Shown one piece after another: positions 1 to 21,942 of a stretch of DNA of 64,000 nucleotides. This DNA is from Piromyces finnis finn (Eukaryota > Fungi > Neocallimastigomycota): assembly GCA_002104945.1 (NCBI GenBank), contig MCFH01000008.1, positions 434,001-498,000 of the forward strand, given 5' to 3'. The translations under genes were made by a program, and so were the position numbers. The notes beneath the pieces are model-generated. The model had not been told where the DNA came from. It did no database searches and saw nothing but the letters and a program-made list of their open reading frames with translations. Numbering within the stretch: the first letter of the stretch is position 1; the number at the start of each line of letters is the position of its first letter.

Positions 1-3000
1 TTAAACTTAATACTTCACGTTTCAATTGATTTACCATTGTACTATCTTCAGAAGATTTTGTTATTGCTTTCATATTTTCGCGTAGTTTATTATTCTCTTC
101 AATTTGATGTTGAAGTTGACGACGGAGTTCTTCCAGTTCTCTTTCTTTTGACATAACAATTTTAGAATTTTCATTTTTAAGCTGAGTGATACGGGCTTCT
201 AATTGTGTTCTATTTTCTTTAAGTTCAGCAATTTCACGTTTTTGCTCAGCACTTCCTTCGTTAACTTGTTCACTACTTTCTTTGAAACGATTATCCAAAC
301 GCTCAAATTTCTCTTTCCAAATTTGAATTTGGGAATCCATAGTTTTAATTTTTTCTTCATATTGTTGGTTATCTTTTTCCTTTTGAGTAAGTGATTGAGA
401 AAGCTCAAATACTTTATTTTCTAATTGATAATTCAATTTCTTCATGTAAGTGATACTCTTAGCTTCAGCCTTTAAGAGTCTGAATTCTTTGTGTGCAAAG
501 TGACGACGAATACATGATTGTACAAAAATAATATCCTTACGATTTTGTTGATATTGATGACTTGCTCTTTGACCACGGAAAATTTTTTGGATCATAATAG
601 CAGCACGTTCTCTTCTTAAATTAACCAATTCTTTGCGAGCAAAATATGAACGAATATGTGTTTGAAGGACAAGAGCAGACTTTTTCATATCATCGTAATG
701 TTTTTTATCTAAGAAACGACGAACATATTTTTGAATAATAATTGCAGAATGCTGTTCTGAAAGTTCACGTAATTTATTCTTAGCGATAGCACTTCTAATA
801 AGATTTTGAACAAATATTGCTGATTTTTTAAGTTCTTTATAACGATGTTGATATACAAAACGACGTGCATTCTTTTGTACAAAGACAACACATTTCTTTA
901 ATTTATCAGAACGTAATTTTTCTAAATAAGCTAACATACCAGTACGGAAGAAAATTTTTGTTAAACCAACTTGGAATTTATCATTATCTTTAATAGTACT
1001 ATTGACAATTTTCATTGAGAAAGCTTTTGGATCTTCAAACTCCCATTCTTTAGAGTTAATTAAAAGATAGTATCTTTCAATAAATTCAGGGAATGTCCAA
1101 CGAGTTGGGTAACCAGCACAACTGATGCGAATTGTTTCAAGAACACCACAAGCACGAAGTTGAGATAATACCATTAATGGTTCAAATTCAAATGCTTCTT
1201 TAGCTTGATTAGGCTTAATACAACGAATGTAATGAACATCTGTTGAACGAATTGTTGTCATTAATTCTATTAAAGAAGATTTAAAAATAGAACCAAGAGT
1301 ACTTTTATGACCTTTTGGTTTAAAACCAACACGCTTTATTGCTGGATTTGAACCAAAAGCAAAACTCATTCTTTTATTAATAGAAGGCATTGATGAAGAA
1401 GAATTATTGCCAAAACCTAAACTCATTCTTTTATTTGGTGGTGAGGATGGTGCTGTTTCTTCGGTATCATCTTTTGGAAGTTGAGTAATTTCTTTAATAA
1501 ATTCATTACTACTTTCTTGCAATAAATTTAATTGTTCATCAGAAACAGTATCTTTATTCTTTTCAATAAAACCTTCAATTTGATATGTGACATCTAAAGC
1601 ATAATGAGATATTGTAAATTCATTTTGTGAGAATCTTGGTTTGTTGAAGAATTTTGATTCTTTATTATCAAATTTTTGATATAATTTAGAAATTAAAGAT
1701 TTATCAGAACCAGATGGGAGACGACATTCTTCATCTAATAAAGCTAAAATACCAAATCTGCTTTCAATCATATCAATGCATGGTTGATTATCATTAAAAT
1801 CAATAAATGACCATTCAATTTTTTCAGCAACATATTCATCTTGTTCTAATTTAAAAACATGTTGATTAAATTCTTGTTGTAATTTTTCGTTTGCATAGTT
1901 AATACAAAATTGTTCAAATGAATTCTTTTGGAAATGTTCAAAACCATAAATATCAAGTACACCAATAAATGATAAATCATCTTTTGGCTTCTTTTCATAT
2001 GCTAAGTTCTTATTAATCATATTAACAAGCCAATCAAATAATTTAGAATATAAGAATTTAGCAATAGAATCACGACATACAATAGCATCATATGTTTTAC
2101 GATTAGCAACAATTGTTTCCATTCTAGTACGAATTTGTTTCTTAACAATCCATTTACTAAAATCAATAGGTGATACACCCAGTAATTTTGCTGCAATTTC
2201 TAAAGCAGGATCAAATGGATTAATTTGAGAATCATCATTTCTAGCATCCATAATTTCAATATTACCAATGTGTAAGAGAGCAGCACATAATCTAAAAATA
2301 GACCATTGTAATGATACTGGTATACCAATTGCTGATAAAGCTTTCTGTGTAACACCAAATTCCTCAATATCATCAACACCTGGAATAGTTCCTTCACCAC
2401 CTTGATTTAAATAGTGATATTGATCATATGAAGTGATTCCTAATTCTTTTCTTTCAGCAGCTGGACAACCAGAACATAATTGATAAAATATGTGATAATT
2501 ACGCTCAGTTAATGGTTGGAATACTAAACGAGAATGTTCTAGTAAATATGTTCTTGTTTTTGCTCCACAAATTTTTACTCTATTAGATTCTGGATCCTTT
2601 AAAAATTGAATTTCAATATATTTACCAAAACGAGAAGAATTATCATTTCTTGTTGTTTTTGCATTACCAAATGCCTTTATTAATTAAAAATATATATTAT
2701 AATTAATTTAATTGATTAATTACAATTTAATCATCATTTAAATAAAACAATATAAATAGATTATTTCATAATATTAATATCAAAATTAGAAATTAATTAT
2801 TAATTAATAAATTTAATGATTATTGAATTTTTATATATAAAATAAATAAAGAAATAAGAAAATAAATCAAAAAAAAAAAATATTATCTTACTTCCATAAT
2901 TGGATTTGTAGCTAAAACAGCTTCTTCAACTTCACTCATTGAAATACCATCATCTTCACTTTCCGGATTTGCTCTGTTTTTATCAAGATCATCAACAGTA

Positions 3001-4032
3001 GCAAAATATCTCATAATATATTTTGCTGATTGAGTTTTACCTGCACCAGATTCACCACTAACAATAATAGATTGATTACGATGCTCTTTCAACATATTTC
3101 TATATGCTTCTTCTGCGACTGCAAACTTTAATATATATATTAATTAAATATTTATTAATTCATATATAATTTAAATATAATAATAATCATTACCAAATGT
3201 GGTTCCAATTCACCCCTTCTTTTTCCAGAATCTATATTTAATTTCATAAAATTACATATTAAAAATAAAATTAAATATAAATTATTTTAATAGTTACTAA
3301 TATATTTTTACTATGTTTTAGTTTTAACTATTCATATGTATTTATTGGATAAAACTTACAAGCCTTCATAATATCATGGGTATAAATAGGAAGTCTTTGG
3401 AATGGATTTAATGCAATAAGAACAATACCTGAATAAGTGTAAATTTGTTCTTGAGAATATCTTAATTTAACATTATGTAAAACTTATGACATTATTTGAA
3501 GAAGAAAAAAATTAGTATTTTATTAAAATAATTAATTTATTAAAACATATAATTAATACTTACCAGCTGGCTCATGAAGATGAGATAATAAAGTCAAATC
3601 ATCAATTCCTTCCTATAAATTTAATTAAATTTAATTAATTTAGTATTATAAATTATAATAATACATAAGTTATTTTAATTTAATTACCAAAACTGGTGGA
3701 TTTCTTAAATAAGGAAGATTTTTACCTTGCTTCATTTCTTCTTTTGTTAAAAGCAGTTCATGTTTCTTAATATTTTATATACATTTTTGTTAATATTACT
3801 ATTAAAAAAATTACTTTTTTTAAAAAAATTACGAAATATTCAATTTTAACATTTAATATTTAATAATTATAATAATTATAGTATTTACTTTATCTCTTCC
3901 TTCGATATCAAATATTATTTTGATCTTTCCTTCAACTTCTTCGTTCGAAAGAACTATACCAGAAACAAAACCTTTTGTTGGGTCAGGAAACCATACTCTG
4001 GTCCCTTGATTATAAAAATCAACTTGGGACAT
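1..4032 (-). CDS. MYO2: Class V myosin heavy chain, paralog A (Myo2-like); 3' end lies beyond the left edge of the window
   Basis: Hand-spliced exons 4032-3889, 3765-3688, 3612-3564, 3482-3360, 3231-3194, 3125-2892, 2674-<1, all GT..AG and phase-consistent. Motifs: N-terminal [12 protein letters not shown]-loop GESGAGKT, switch [10 protein letters not shown], switch [44 protein letters not shown]. Six IQ motifs follow (e.g. [19 protein letters not shown]), then a coiled coil. Confidence 0.96.
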
Positions 4033-6358
4033 TTTCACTACTTTATTTAATTTTAGAAATTTCTTCTAAATATACATATAATAATTACCGAATTTTTTGT
4101 TAATTAATTAATTATTATTTGTTAATTAATTGATAATTAAAATAATATTTTTATAATAACTAGTAGTTTTAATATCTTGTATTTATTTTTTTTTTTATAA
4201 TGTTATTTACCTTTTTTTAATTATTTAATTTGAGGAAAAAAAAAAAAGTACTATTGTTATTGTGCTATGATTTCAATAAAATTGTTTTTATAAAATACTA
4301 TATATTATTTGTAAAATTTTAAAATTAAAAATTTATCATTTATTTCAATACATAATTTTTAAAATGACTTTACTTATTTAAAAAGTCGACATATTTTAAT
4401 CCCAAAAGTTTTTAAAGTTAAAGGGTTAATAATAAATAATAAATTAAATAAAAAGGTGTTTATTAAAAAATAAAATAAAATCTAAAAACTGTTATTATGT
4501 TATAAGTTATTTATTTTATTTTATTTTTGTTTTGTTTTGCTTTGCTTTTCCCTTTTATAATATTTTTGTTTTGCTCTGCTTTGTTTTTTTTTTTTTTTTA
4601 TATCTATACTTAATATTTATTTAGCTTTTATTTATTTCTAAATAATTTTATTGCTTTCATTAATAGTATTATTAATATTTAATAATAACTACTTCCAATT
4701 TTTACTATTGAAAAAAAGGAATGAATATTTTATAATAAAATATTTTTAAATTGTTTATAAATTATTAACCCAAAAAACTAAATTGGGAAATTGTTACAAA
4801 GTAATTAAAAAAAAAAGAAAAAGTAAAAAAATTTTAAGAAATATTTTTATCCATTAAAAATAAATAATTTAAATTTTATTAATATACAAAAAATAAATCT
4901 ATTATTAAGTATTAAATTAAATTTTAATTAGAATTAAAGATTTCAATCGAAATACTAAAAAATATATTTATTATATCAATAATAAATAATAAAACTAGAG
5001 TGTATAACAAAAAATTTGAATCATAAATAATTCTTATTTTTTTTAATTATTTTATTATAATTATGCTTTTTTAATTTAATGAATATTGTTACATTTTAAA
5101 AGGAATTATTTATATTAACTAATAAATAAAAATTACTTATTTTAAATTCTTTTTATTATGAAAAGTTTTAGAAATTTTTAATAATATAATATGAACAGGG
5201 ATGAATTTTTAAATTACAATTGTAATATATCTTTTCTTTTTTTTTTTATTTGAATTTTATTGGACAATTAAATCCTATTTCTTTTTTGTAATACCTAAGA
5301 TCAAAAAATTATTTTGACAATTATTATAGATTTTATAAAAAAGAATAAACTATAAAAAACAATAGCAATCATCATCACAATTTCAAAAGAAAATAAAATG
5401 ACTTTATTTTTTCATAAAAAAAAAAAAAAAGTAATTAAATGAAGCTTGGTATTTTAATATAATGGATTAACTACAGACCTACATAAAAAACTAGAATATT
5501 TTTGTTTCAAACATTTATATAAATAATAAGATTATATATTTTAATTTAGTATAATATATTGCTATATATATTCATATATATTAATATATACAAAAAATTT
5601 AAACAATTTATTTCAAAATTAAAAAAATATTAAATAGAATTATTAATTTTAAAATATTTAAAATTCACCATAAAAGGTAAAAACTTTATTATTAAACATT
5701 AATATTAATAAATAATAAAGAAAACAATATATTTATGTATAAATATGTAAGTGAGTACACGTGATTTAATTTCAATTAAAAATTCTGTATTTTTTGTTTC
5801 TTTAATATACTTCTTCACTTTAACCTTCTTTAATACATATTATTAAATATATAATGATTTTTTTTTTTTTTTTTTAGACTAGGAAGGAAATATATAATGA
5901 TAGAATATATACGCTTTTTAATTTTTAAAATACTTTGAATTATACAATAATATGAAATTAGTTTTATTCATTAATATTAATTAAATATTAAATATTATAT
6001 TTAATAATATAATTAGAATTAGAACGAAATAAATAATTTTATTTTTTAGTTTTTTGTTTACTTGAAAATTAATAGTACAAAAAGTAAATTCTCAAATATT
6101 AAAATTCTAATTATTTTTAGTATATGAAATTTAAAATGTAAAAAGTCATATATTTACAGCATTAACAATAGAAAAAAAATTGGAATTATTAATTACAAAT
6201 TTATTTAAGAAAAAAAAAATAATAAAAGATGCTTTTAATTATATTCTTATAGTTTATAGTTTTAGTATTATTTATATTGGGGTTAGATTACAATTTATTT
6301 CAAAAGGTTAATCTAAAAGAGCTTTTTGTGATACATTTACATTTTTTAAATATTATTA

Positions 6359-6365
6359 TGATTGG
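6359..6365 (-). promoter_or_regulatory. CCAATCA box upstream of NUP192
   Basis: TGATTGG about 410 bp before the ATG; one of five such heptamers upstream of genes in this window. Confidence 0.4.
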
Positions 6366-6776
6366 ATATAATCAATGTAATATGAAATTTCTGTATTTTG
6401 TATTATACATTGAAATTATGAATAAAAAAAATTATTTTAGAATTAAAAAAAAAAATTAATAATAATAATAATTAATAATAATTATAATAGTAATTATAAT
6501 AACAAATATAATAATAGTAAAAAAAAAAAAGTTAGATTTTAAAATTCGATTTAAAAATTAATTAAAAGATAAATCTTTGGATTTTCTATTATCTTTATTT
6601 AATTATTATAAATTATTATTATTATTATTTTAGAACATATAATTTATTTATTTATTTTTGTCTAGTGCTTTAAATTAACCAATTAATATCAGCAACTATT
6701 TTACATCTATTACCCTCATTTTTCTTTTTCTTTTTGTTTTATTATTTTTTTTTTTTTTAAATAATATATATTTTCA

Positions 6777-15084
<8,308 letters not shown>

Positions 15085-16322
15085 AGCTATTAAACTTATA
15101 TATAGAACATTTTTGAGGCAATAAAATAATATAAAATAATTTTGTCACTATATCGAACAAGAAGAACATACAGTTAATAACAACAATCAAAATTTAAAAC
15201 AAACAAATAAATCAAAATAATAATTTTTTTTTTTTAATATCTTTTAGTTACAAAATTAAATTATTTGTAATAATCATCTTATTTTTCTTTTTATACAATA
15301 ACTAATTTAATAGCTCTTTTTTATTATTATCCTTCATTTTTTTTTTCTTTTTATTAGCAAACAAATAAATATACAAATATACATAAATACAAATTATTTT
15401 ATTTTATATATTCAATTTATTTATTTTTTATTATTAAATATAAAAGGTATAATTTATTAATTATTATATAAATAAAATATCAAATAAATATAAAATTAAT
15501 AAAATTTATCAGCGAATATAATATAATATAATATTTTAATTATTATATAAAAGTCCGTATAATATTAGAAATGAGTTATGAATGATTTTTTTTTTTTTTT
15601 AGAATAATATTAAAATAAAATAGCGATTTTAAATTATTTTAAATTTGTTTTTTATATAAAATGTTAAAAAGCTCAGATTTTGATAAATATCAATATAATA
15701 GTATCATTACATTAGATCCATTAAATGATTTTATCATTAAAAAATATATGATATATTAATTTATATCTTAAATTTATCTATACTTTTATTGTTGTATTTT
15801 ATAAATATTGTGTTAAATATTAAATATCATTAGAACAGTTAAGATAAATGGTATATAATTTTAAATTGAGTAATAATTAAAAACTTATTAATTATAAAAA
15901 ATAAAAAAACAGACTAAAATATTAATTATTTTGCTATAATTGATATATGAATTATTATTATTATTATTTTGTTTTAATGAACACATTAAAATAGTATCAA
16001 TGCTATTAAACAAAACAAATTTTTAATTTTTTTTTTTTTTATTAATTAAAAGATGAAATAATTATAATAAATATTATCTTAATGGAAAATGTATATATTA
16101 ATTATATTAATTATTTCACATAGCGCTTTAAATATTTAAAAAAATATAAAGAGATAAAAAAAATAATAATGTAATGATGCAATACTATTATATATATATA
16201 TAAGTATTTTAAAAATAAAAATAAAATAAAATGAATTTTTTTTCATTATAATTACATATTTATAATAAATGTTTTGGCTAGTTATTATTTTATTTTATTT
16301 TATTACAAAATAACATTATTTT

Positions 16323-17530
16323 TTAAAGAGTAATATGGAATTTAGTTTTAGAATTGCTATGACTTAAAACTGATGTTTTCTTTTGTTCTGATATTCTGTC
16401 AGCATACATTCCTTTAACAGCTATTTTTCTATATAGAATAAATTATATTTAAATGTAATATTAATAAAAAAGTTTATTATTCCTACTTATTATTTTATTA
16501 TTATAAATTAAATAACAGTTATATTATGAACAACTATCAGCTCACCTTTTTTGATTAGTAGCTGGTCTAGCAACACCAGCAATAGAAAATGATTTTTGGA
16601 TTTCAGCTACTGATAACTTTTGACCATCAGCAATAATGCCATTATATTTAGCAATAGCATCAACAGATGACTTTCTATCAGCATATTCTATTTCACAAAC
16701 ACCAGTAGAATTTCCATTAATATCTCTTTTTAATAATATATTAACAATTTCACCAAATTCACGGAAAATAGTCTAATATTAAAATTTTATAATAATAATA
16801 TTAACCAAACTATATTATTACGTACATATATATTAATAATATTAATATCTCGGATTATTTTAAATCATACTTTAATATCTTCGGTATTGGCATTTGGATG
16901 AAGATTAGTAATCTGAATAGTTGAAGTTTGCTTTCTCTTTGGTGATGCTGCATTTGCTAATCCTGCAACTTTTTTAGCAGTAAGAAGACCACTTCTAGAT
17001 AAACGCTTTTGAATTCTACTTGATTTTTCAGTTTCTCTTATAATTGATCTTCTTGGATTATTTGCAGTAAAAAGATCATGCTTCCATTTTCCTATTTTTT
17101 TAAGTTCCAATTATTTTGTTAATTAAATTTAGAAAATTTTTATTGAAACATTTGAAATAATATAGATGAATCATTCATTATTATTTTTTGTTCAAATATA
17201 TGAATTAAAATTTACCATTGATATTTCCTTTCTATTATTATGATTATAAAAGATATAATAATCGAAAATAAAGTTTTTGTTATAAAAAAAAGAAATTATT
17301 TAATTCACATTATTAAATATTTCTAAAATTAGATAAAAAATTAGATAAAAAACAATTATAAAACGTACTGGAATTGATTTTTTTGAAACTGGTGCAGTAT
17401 TAAGTCTAGATTTTATTGATCTACCTCTACTTCCGTTATTAATTCTTCTGTTATTATTATTTCTCTTTCTTGAATTGTTTTGTTTTACTATATCATCAAG
17501 AGACATATTAACCTTACTGTCAATATCCAT
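16323..17530 (-). CDS. Yra1/ALYREF(THOC4)-like single-RRM protein, probable mRNA export adaptor (~243 aa)
   Basis: Exons 17530-17369, 17231-17216 (16-nt microexon), 17091-16871, 16772-16546, 16428-16323, phase-consistent. N-terminal MSLDDIVK box, Arg/Asn-rich linker, GKWKHDLF motif, RRM (IQITNLHPNANTEDIK...FREFGEI...STGVCEIEY). Confidence 0.75.
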
Positions 17531-18431
17531 CTTCTTATTAAAATGTTTTCAAAATATCAAGTATTTAATAAAAATAATTATTATTCAAATAATAATTTGA
17601 ATCCAAGGATTATTCATTTTTTTTTTTTTTATATAATAAAATATGAAATAAAATAATATAAAAAAACATTAAAAATTATTAACATTAGAATAAAGTATTA
17701 TAAATAAAGGACTATGGTCTCTTTTTTTCTTTATTTTTTTCTTTTTTTTTCTTTTTTCTTTTTTTTCTTTTTCTTTTACATATATTATATGTAAAAGAAT
17801 AATATAAATGTTCAAATATTTATTGTGAATTCAATATTATAATCATTATTAAGTCATATTTATTAAGTAATTACCATTTTTATGTTTTATAATATTTTAT
17901 TATTGTAAATAGAAATATAAAAATTGAAAAATTAAAAGAAGATAAATTCAAAAGTATGATTATAGATAATTAATAAATTATTAAATATGTATAAATTAGA
18001 GGAAAATATTTTTTGATATTTCTTTAAATATAAATCATTTACTTAAAATTCAAATTAGTTAATATTAATTATTAAATAAATTAAATTTTGAAATTAATTA
18101 TAGTGGCTATAATTCTAAAATCGTATTTATTACCACGTGCCTCTTTTAATTTTACTATATCAGCTATTATTTTATATTTTATTAAAATTAATAATAATAA
18201 TATGTAATAATTAATTATAAAAATTGGAAAATATTTTATATATAATATTATATGATTAAATACATCTGTAGTTATATATTAATATGAATAAATATTGCGT
18301 ACAGTATTAATAAACACAATAAATTTAATTTCAAGAAATATTCTTTAAAGTATCTTGTAGAGTTTTAATATTTTTATAAATATTATTAAATTACTCAAAA
18401 AGTTTTACAAAATTCAATAATTTATTATTAA

Positions 18432-18438
18432 CCAATCA
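18432..18438 (+). promoter_or_regulatory. CCAATCA box upstream of LSG1
   Basis: CCAATCA about 280 bp before the ATG at 18718. Confidence 0.45.
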
Positions 18439-18717
18439 AAATAATAGATTTTCAAAAATATATTATTGATTTAAAGTTTTTTTCAATTTTATATTTTTGT
18501 AATTATTATTAATTCTTTTTGAACAAACTTTAAGAGAAGGAAAATAATATAAAATTATAATTAATTTTTGATTTTCCTTAAATAAATTGAACTATTTAAA
18601 ATTATTATATATAAATTAAAATAATCATATCTTCATTCTTCATTACATAAAAACGATATATAATAATTTACATAAATTTAAAGACATTTATTATTTGAAT
18701 TTTTATTTCAATACAAC

Positions 18718-21700
18718 ATGGGTAACAAGAAGAATACAGGTCTCGGAAAAGCTTTAATTAGACAAAGATTTAATGGAAAAAGACATGGAAAAGATGGTGA
18801 ACAATTTAAAGTAATTTTTTCTTTTTCTTTCTTTCCTTTTTTTTGTTATATTGTTTCCTTTTTTATATAAACAAATATGCATTTCAAATTTTGAATTTCA
18901 AATTTAATTTTAATTCAAAATCTTGATAGTATTTGTATAAAAATTCATAAGAATTCTTTATTACGTCTACGTAATTTTAAATTTTCAAAAGAAATGAATA
19001 TTAAGCTTAAAATTAATAACAATAATAAACTTATCAATACAATATTTATTAATAATTATAAAGCATACAACTGATATCAGTGAAACTTATGCTAGAAATA
19101 CTATGCAATCAATTACTCATGAAAATGATTTAGATGCTTTTTTACATACTGCTGAACTTGCTGGAACCGAGTTTAAAGCTGGTAATAATAATAATAATAA
19201 TAAAAAGATTAAGAATTACTAATAAATACAAATGTTAAAGAAAAATAAAAGATTTTTAAATTTTGTAATTAATATTTTAAAAAATTTATAATAAATTTTA
19301 AAGAAAAATTAAATGTTACTGTTATTACTTCCGAATCACAAAATCCATTCTTATTAAGTCCAGAAAAAGAAAGAGAAATTCTTGAAAGTTTTGAAACAAA
19401 TAAGTCAAAATTAACTATTCCAAGAAGGTAAATGCAATAAGTATTAAATTGTTATAAATGTTAAACTATTTTCAATTATTGTTGATATTATATTTTTAAT
19501 TAATATAAAAGTAATTGAATGATTAATATATTTTCATACTTTTTAATATAATTTTTATGATATAATAATATTAATTCACTATTTAAAGACCAAAATGGGA
19601 TAAAAATACTACAGCTTCCGAATTACAACAAGCTGAAAGAGAAGGTTTCTTAAATTGGCGTCGTGGTTTAGCTCAGTAATATATATTTTATTGAATTCTT
19701 TATATAAATTTATTTTAAAATTAAAAATATAATATATATTTTAATAAGTTTTATTTATTTATTAATCACAAACTATTAAATTATATAAATAATAATTATA
19801 TTCTTAAAAAATAAAAAACTAATAATGCAATAAAAAGATTAGAAGAAAATAATGGTTTATTATTAACTCCATATGAAAGAAATTTGGAAATTTGGAGACA
19901 ATTATGGAGAGTTGTAGAAAGATCTGATTTAATTGTTCAAATTGTCGATGCAAGAAACCCATTAATTTTTAGATCTGAAGATTTAGAAAGATATGTTAAA
20001 GAAAATGGTGAAGAAAAGAAAAATCTTTTATTGATTAACAAAGCTGATATGTTAACAGTAAATCAAAGGTAAAAAGAGTAAAATTGTTAAAACACTATAA
20101 GAAGATAATAATAATAATAAAAAGAAATAATTATAACAATCATTAAATTAAATTATATAAAAAATAGAATGCAATGGGCTGATTATTTCCAAAAACATAA
20201 TATTGAATATGTATTCTTTTCAGCAAAGATTGAGAAGGATTATCAAGAATTAGAAAAAGAAAAAGAAAAGTTATTAAAAGAACGTTTAGAACAAACACAA
20301 AAAGCTCGTAATGAAATTGAAGAGGAAGAAATAGCTGAAAATAGTATTAATCAAGTTATTGAAGAAGAAATTAAAAAGACAGAACATGCATTAGAAGATA
20401 TGCACCTTAAGAATGAAGAGTAAATTATAATTTAATTGAATAAGTAGTTATAATTTTAATTATTTAAAATATTAATTGTTTTTTTTATATATGTATAAAT
20501 AGAGAATTAAAGGTACCAAAGATTGCTAGAATTTATTCTGCTGAAGATTTAGTTACATTACTTCTTGAAAAGTGTCCATTTTCAAAACACAGTATGTTTA
20601 TTCAAAATAATAATAATATTATATTATATAATATATAATATGTACTGTATTATTTAATTTCATATATATATTTAAATAGGTCCAGACAAGCAAATCATTG
20701 GTCTTGTTGGTTATCCAAATGTTGGTAAGAGTTCTACAATCAATGCTGTTACTGGTGCTAAAAAGGTTGCTGTCGGTTCAACACCAGGAAAAACTAAGCA
20801 TTTCCAAGTAAATATAATTAATATATATATATATATATATAAAATAAAATTTAATATATATTTTATTATATACTAATTTTTTATTTCATCAATTGTATAG
20901 ACTATTAATTTATCATCATCTGTAGTTTTATGTGATTGTCCTGGTTTAGTTTTCCCAAGTTTTGCAACTACACAAGCTGAAATGGTTTGTAATGGTATTT
21001 TACCTGTAGACCAACTTAGAGAATACACTGGTCCTGTTGGTTTATTATGTAGACATATTCCAAGAGAAGTTCTTGAAGCATTCTATGGTATTCGTATTAA
21101 AATTAGAGATGAAGGTGAAGAAGGTTATGTCCCAAGACCACCTACTTCTGAAGAATTTTTATGTCCATATGCTAGTATGTTTTTAAATTTATATAAATTA
21201 ACATATTATATATATTTTTTAAGAATATATTTTTGAATTGATTTTTAATTAAATATTTTTATTTATAAATAGTAAATCGTGGTTTTACAAAGTCAGTCCA
21301 AGGTAATCCAGATGAAGCTAGAGCTGCAAGATATGTTTTAAAAGATTATACTTCTGTAAGTTTAATAATATTGTATAAAACAATTTTAAAAACTATTATT
21401 ATTAAATACAATTTTTAATTAATATATTATATAAATAATAGGGAAAATTATTATACTGCCATCCACCACCAGATGTTGATGTCCAAGAATTTAACAAGGA
21501 AAACTTTGATATTTCAAGATATATTAAAGATAGAGCAAAATTTGAAAAATTTACTCAACAAACTGAAAAAATTAAGAAGGAAACAATGAAAGCAGTATGT
21601 ATATATATTTAGTTTATATTATTTTATAATTTGATTATTTTTATTATATTATATTATATTTATTTATTTATTTATTTATGTATTTTTTTTTTTTTTATTT

Positions 21701-21942
21701 TTTTTTATTTACTTTTTGTAATTAAGAAATCTAGCGGTATGGCAAAACAAATTGATAGAGAATTTTTCCAAACTAAATCTATTGTTGCTCATACTAAAGG
21801 TAAATTTAGTTCTTCAGATTTTACAAGAGCTAACCTCTATTCTCAAAAACAAAATACTTTACCACAAAGTAAAAAGCATAATAAGGGTAATAAGAAGACT
21901 AAAGCTAGAAATCGTTTTTCATATTCTAATGATGATTATTAG
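18718..21942 (+). CDS. LSG1: Large-subunit GTPase Lsg1 (circularly permuted GTPase, cytoplasmic 60S maturation)
   Basis: Multi-exon gene from ATG 18718 to TAG 21940-21942. Motifs: TPYERNLEIWRQLWRVVERSDLIVQIVDARNP, LLINKADML, GLVGYPNVGKSSTIN, STPGKTKHFQT, LCDCPGLVFP, DEARAARYVLKDY. Confidence 0.97.

Noticed and set aside
199-2400. Short ORFs 199-408, 203-394, 709-891 and 2200-2400
   Set aside because: They are off-frame or antisense to the long myosin A exon.
6277-6459. 60-aa ORF with a TTG start upstream of NUP192
   Set aside because: No ATG, AT-driven composition, no recognisable motif; it lies in the promoter region.
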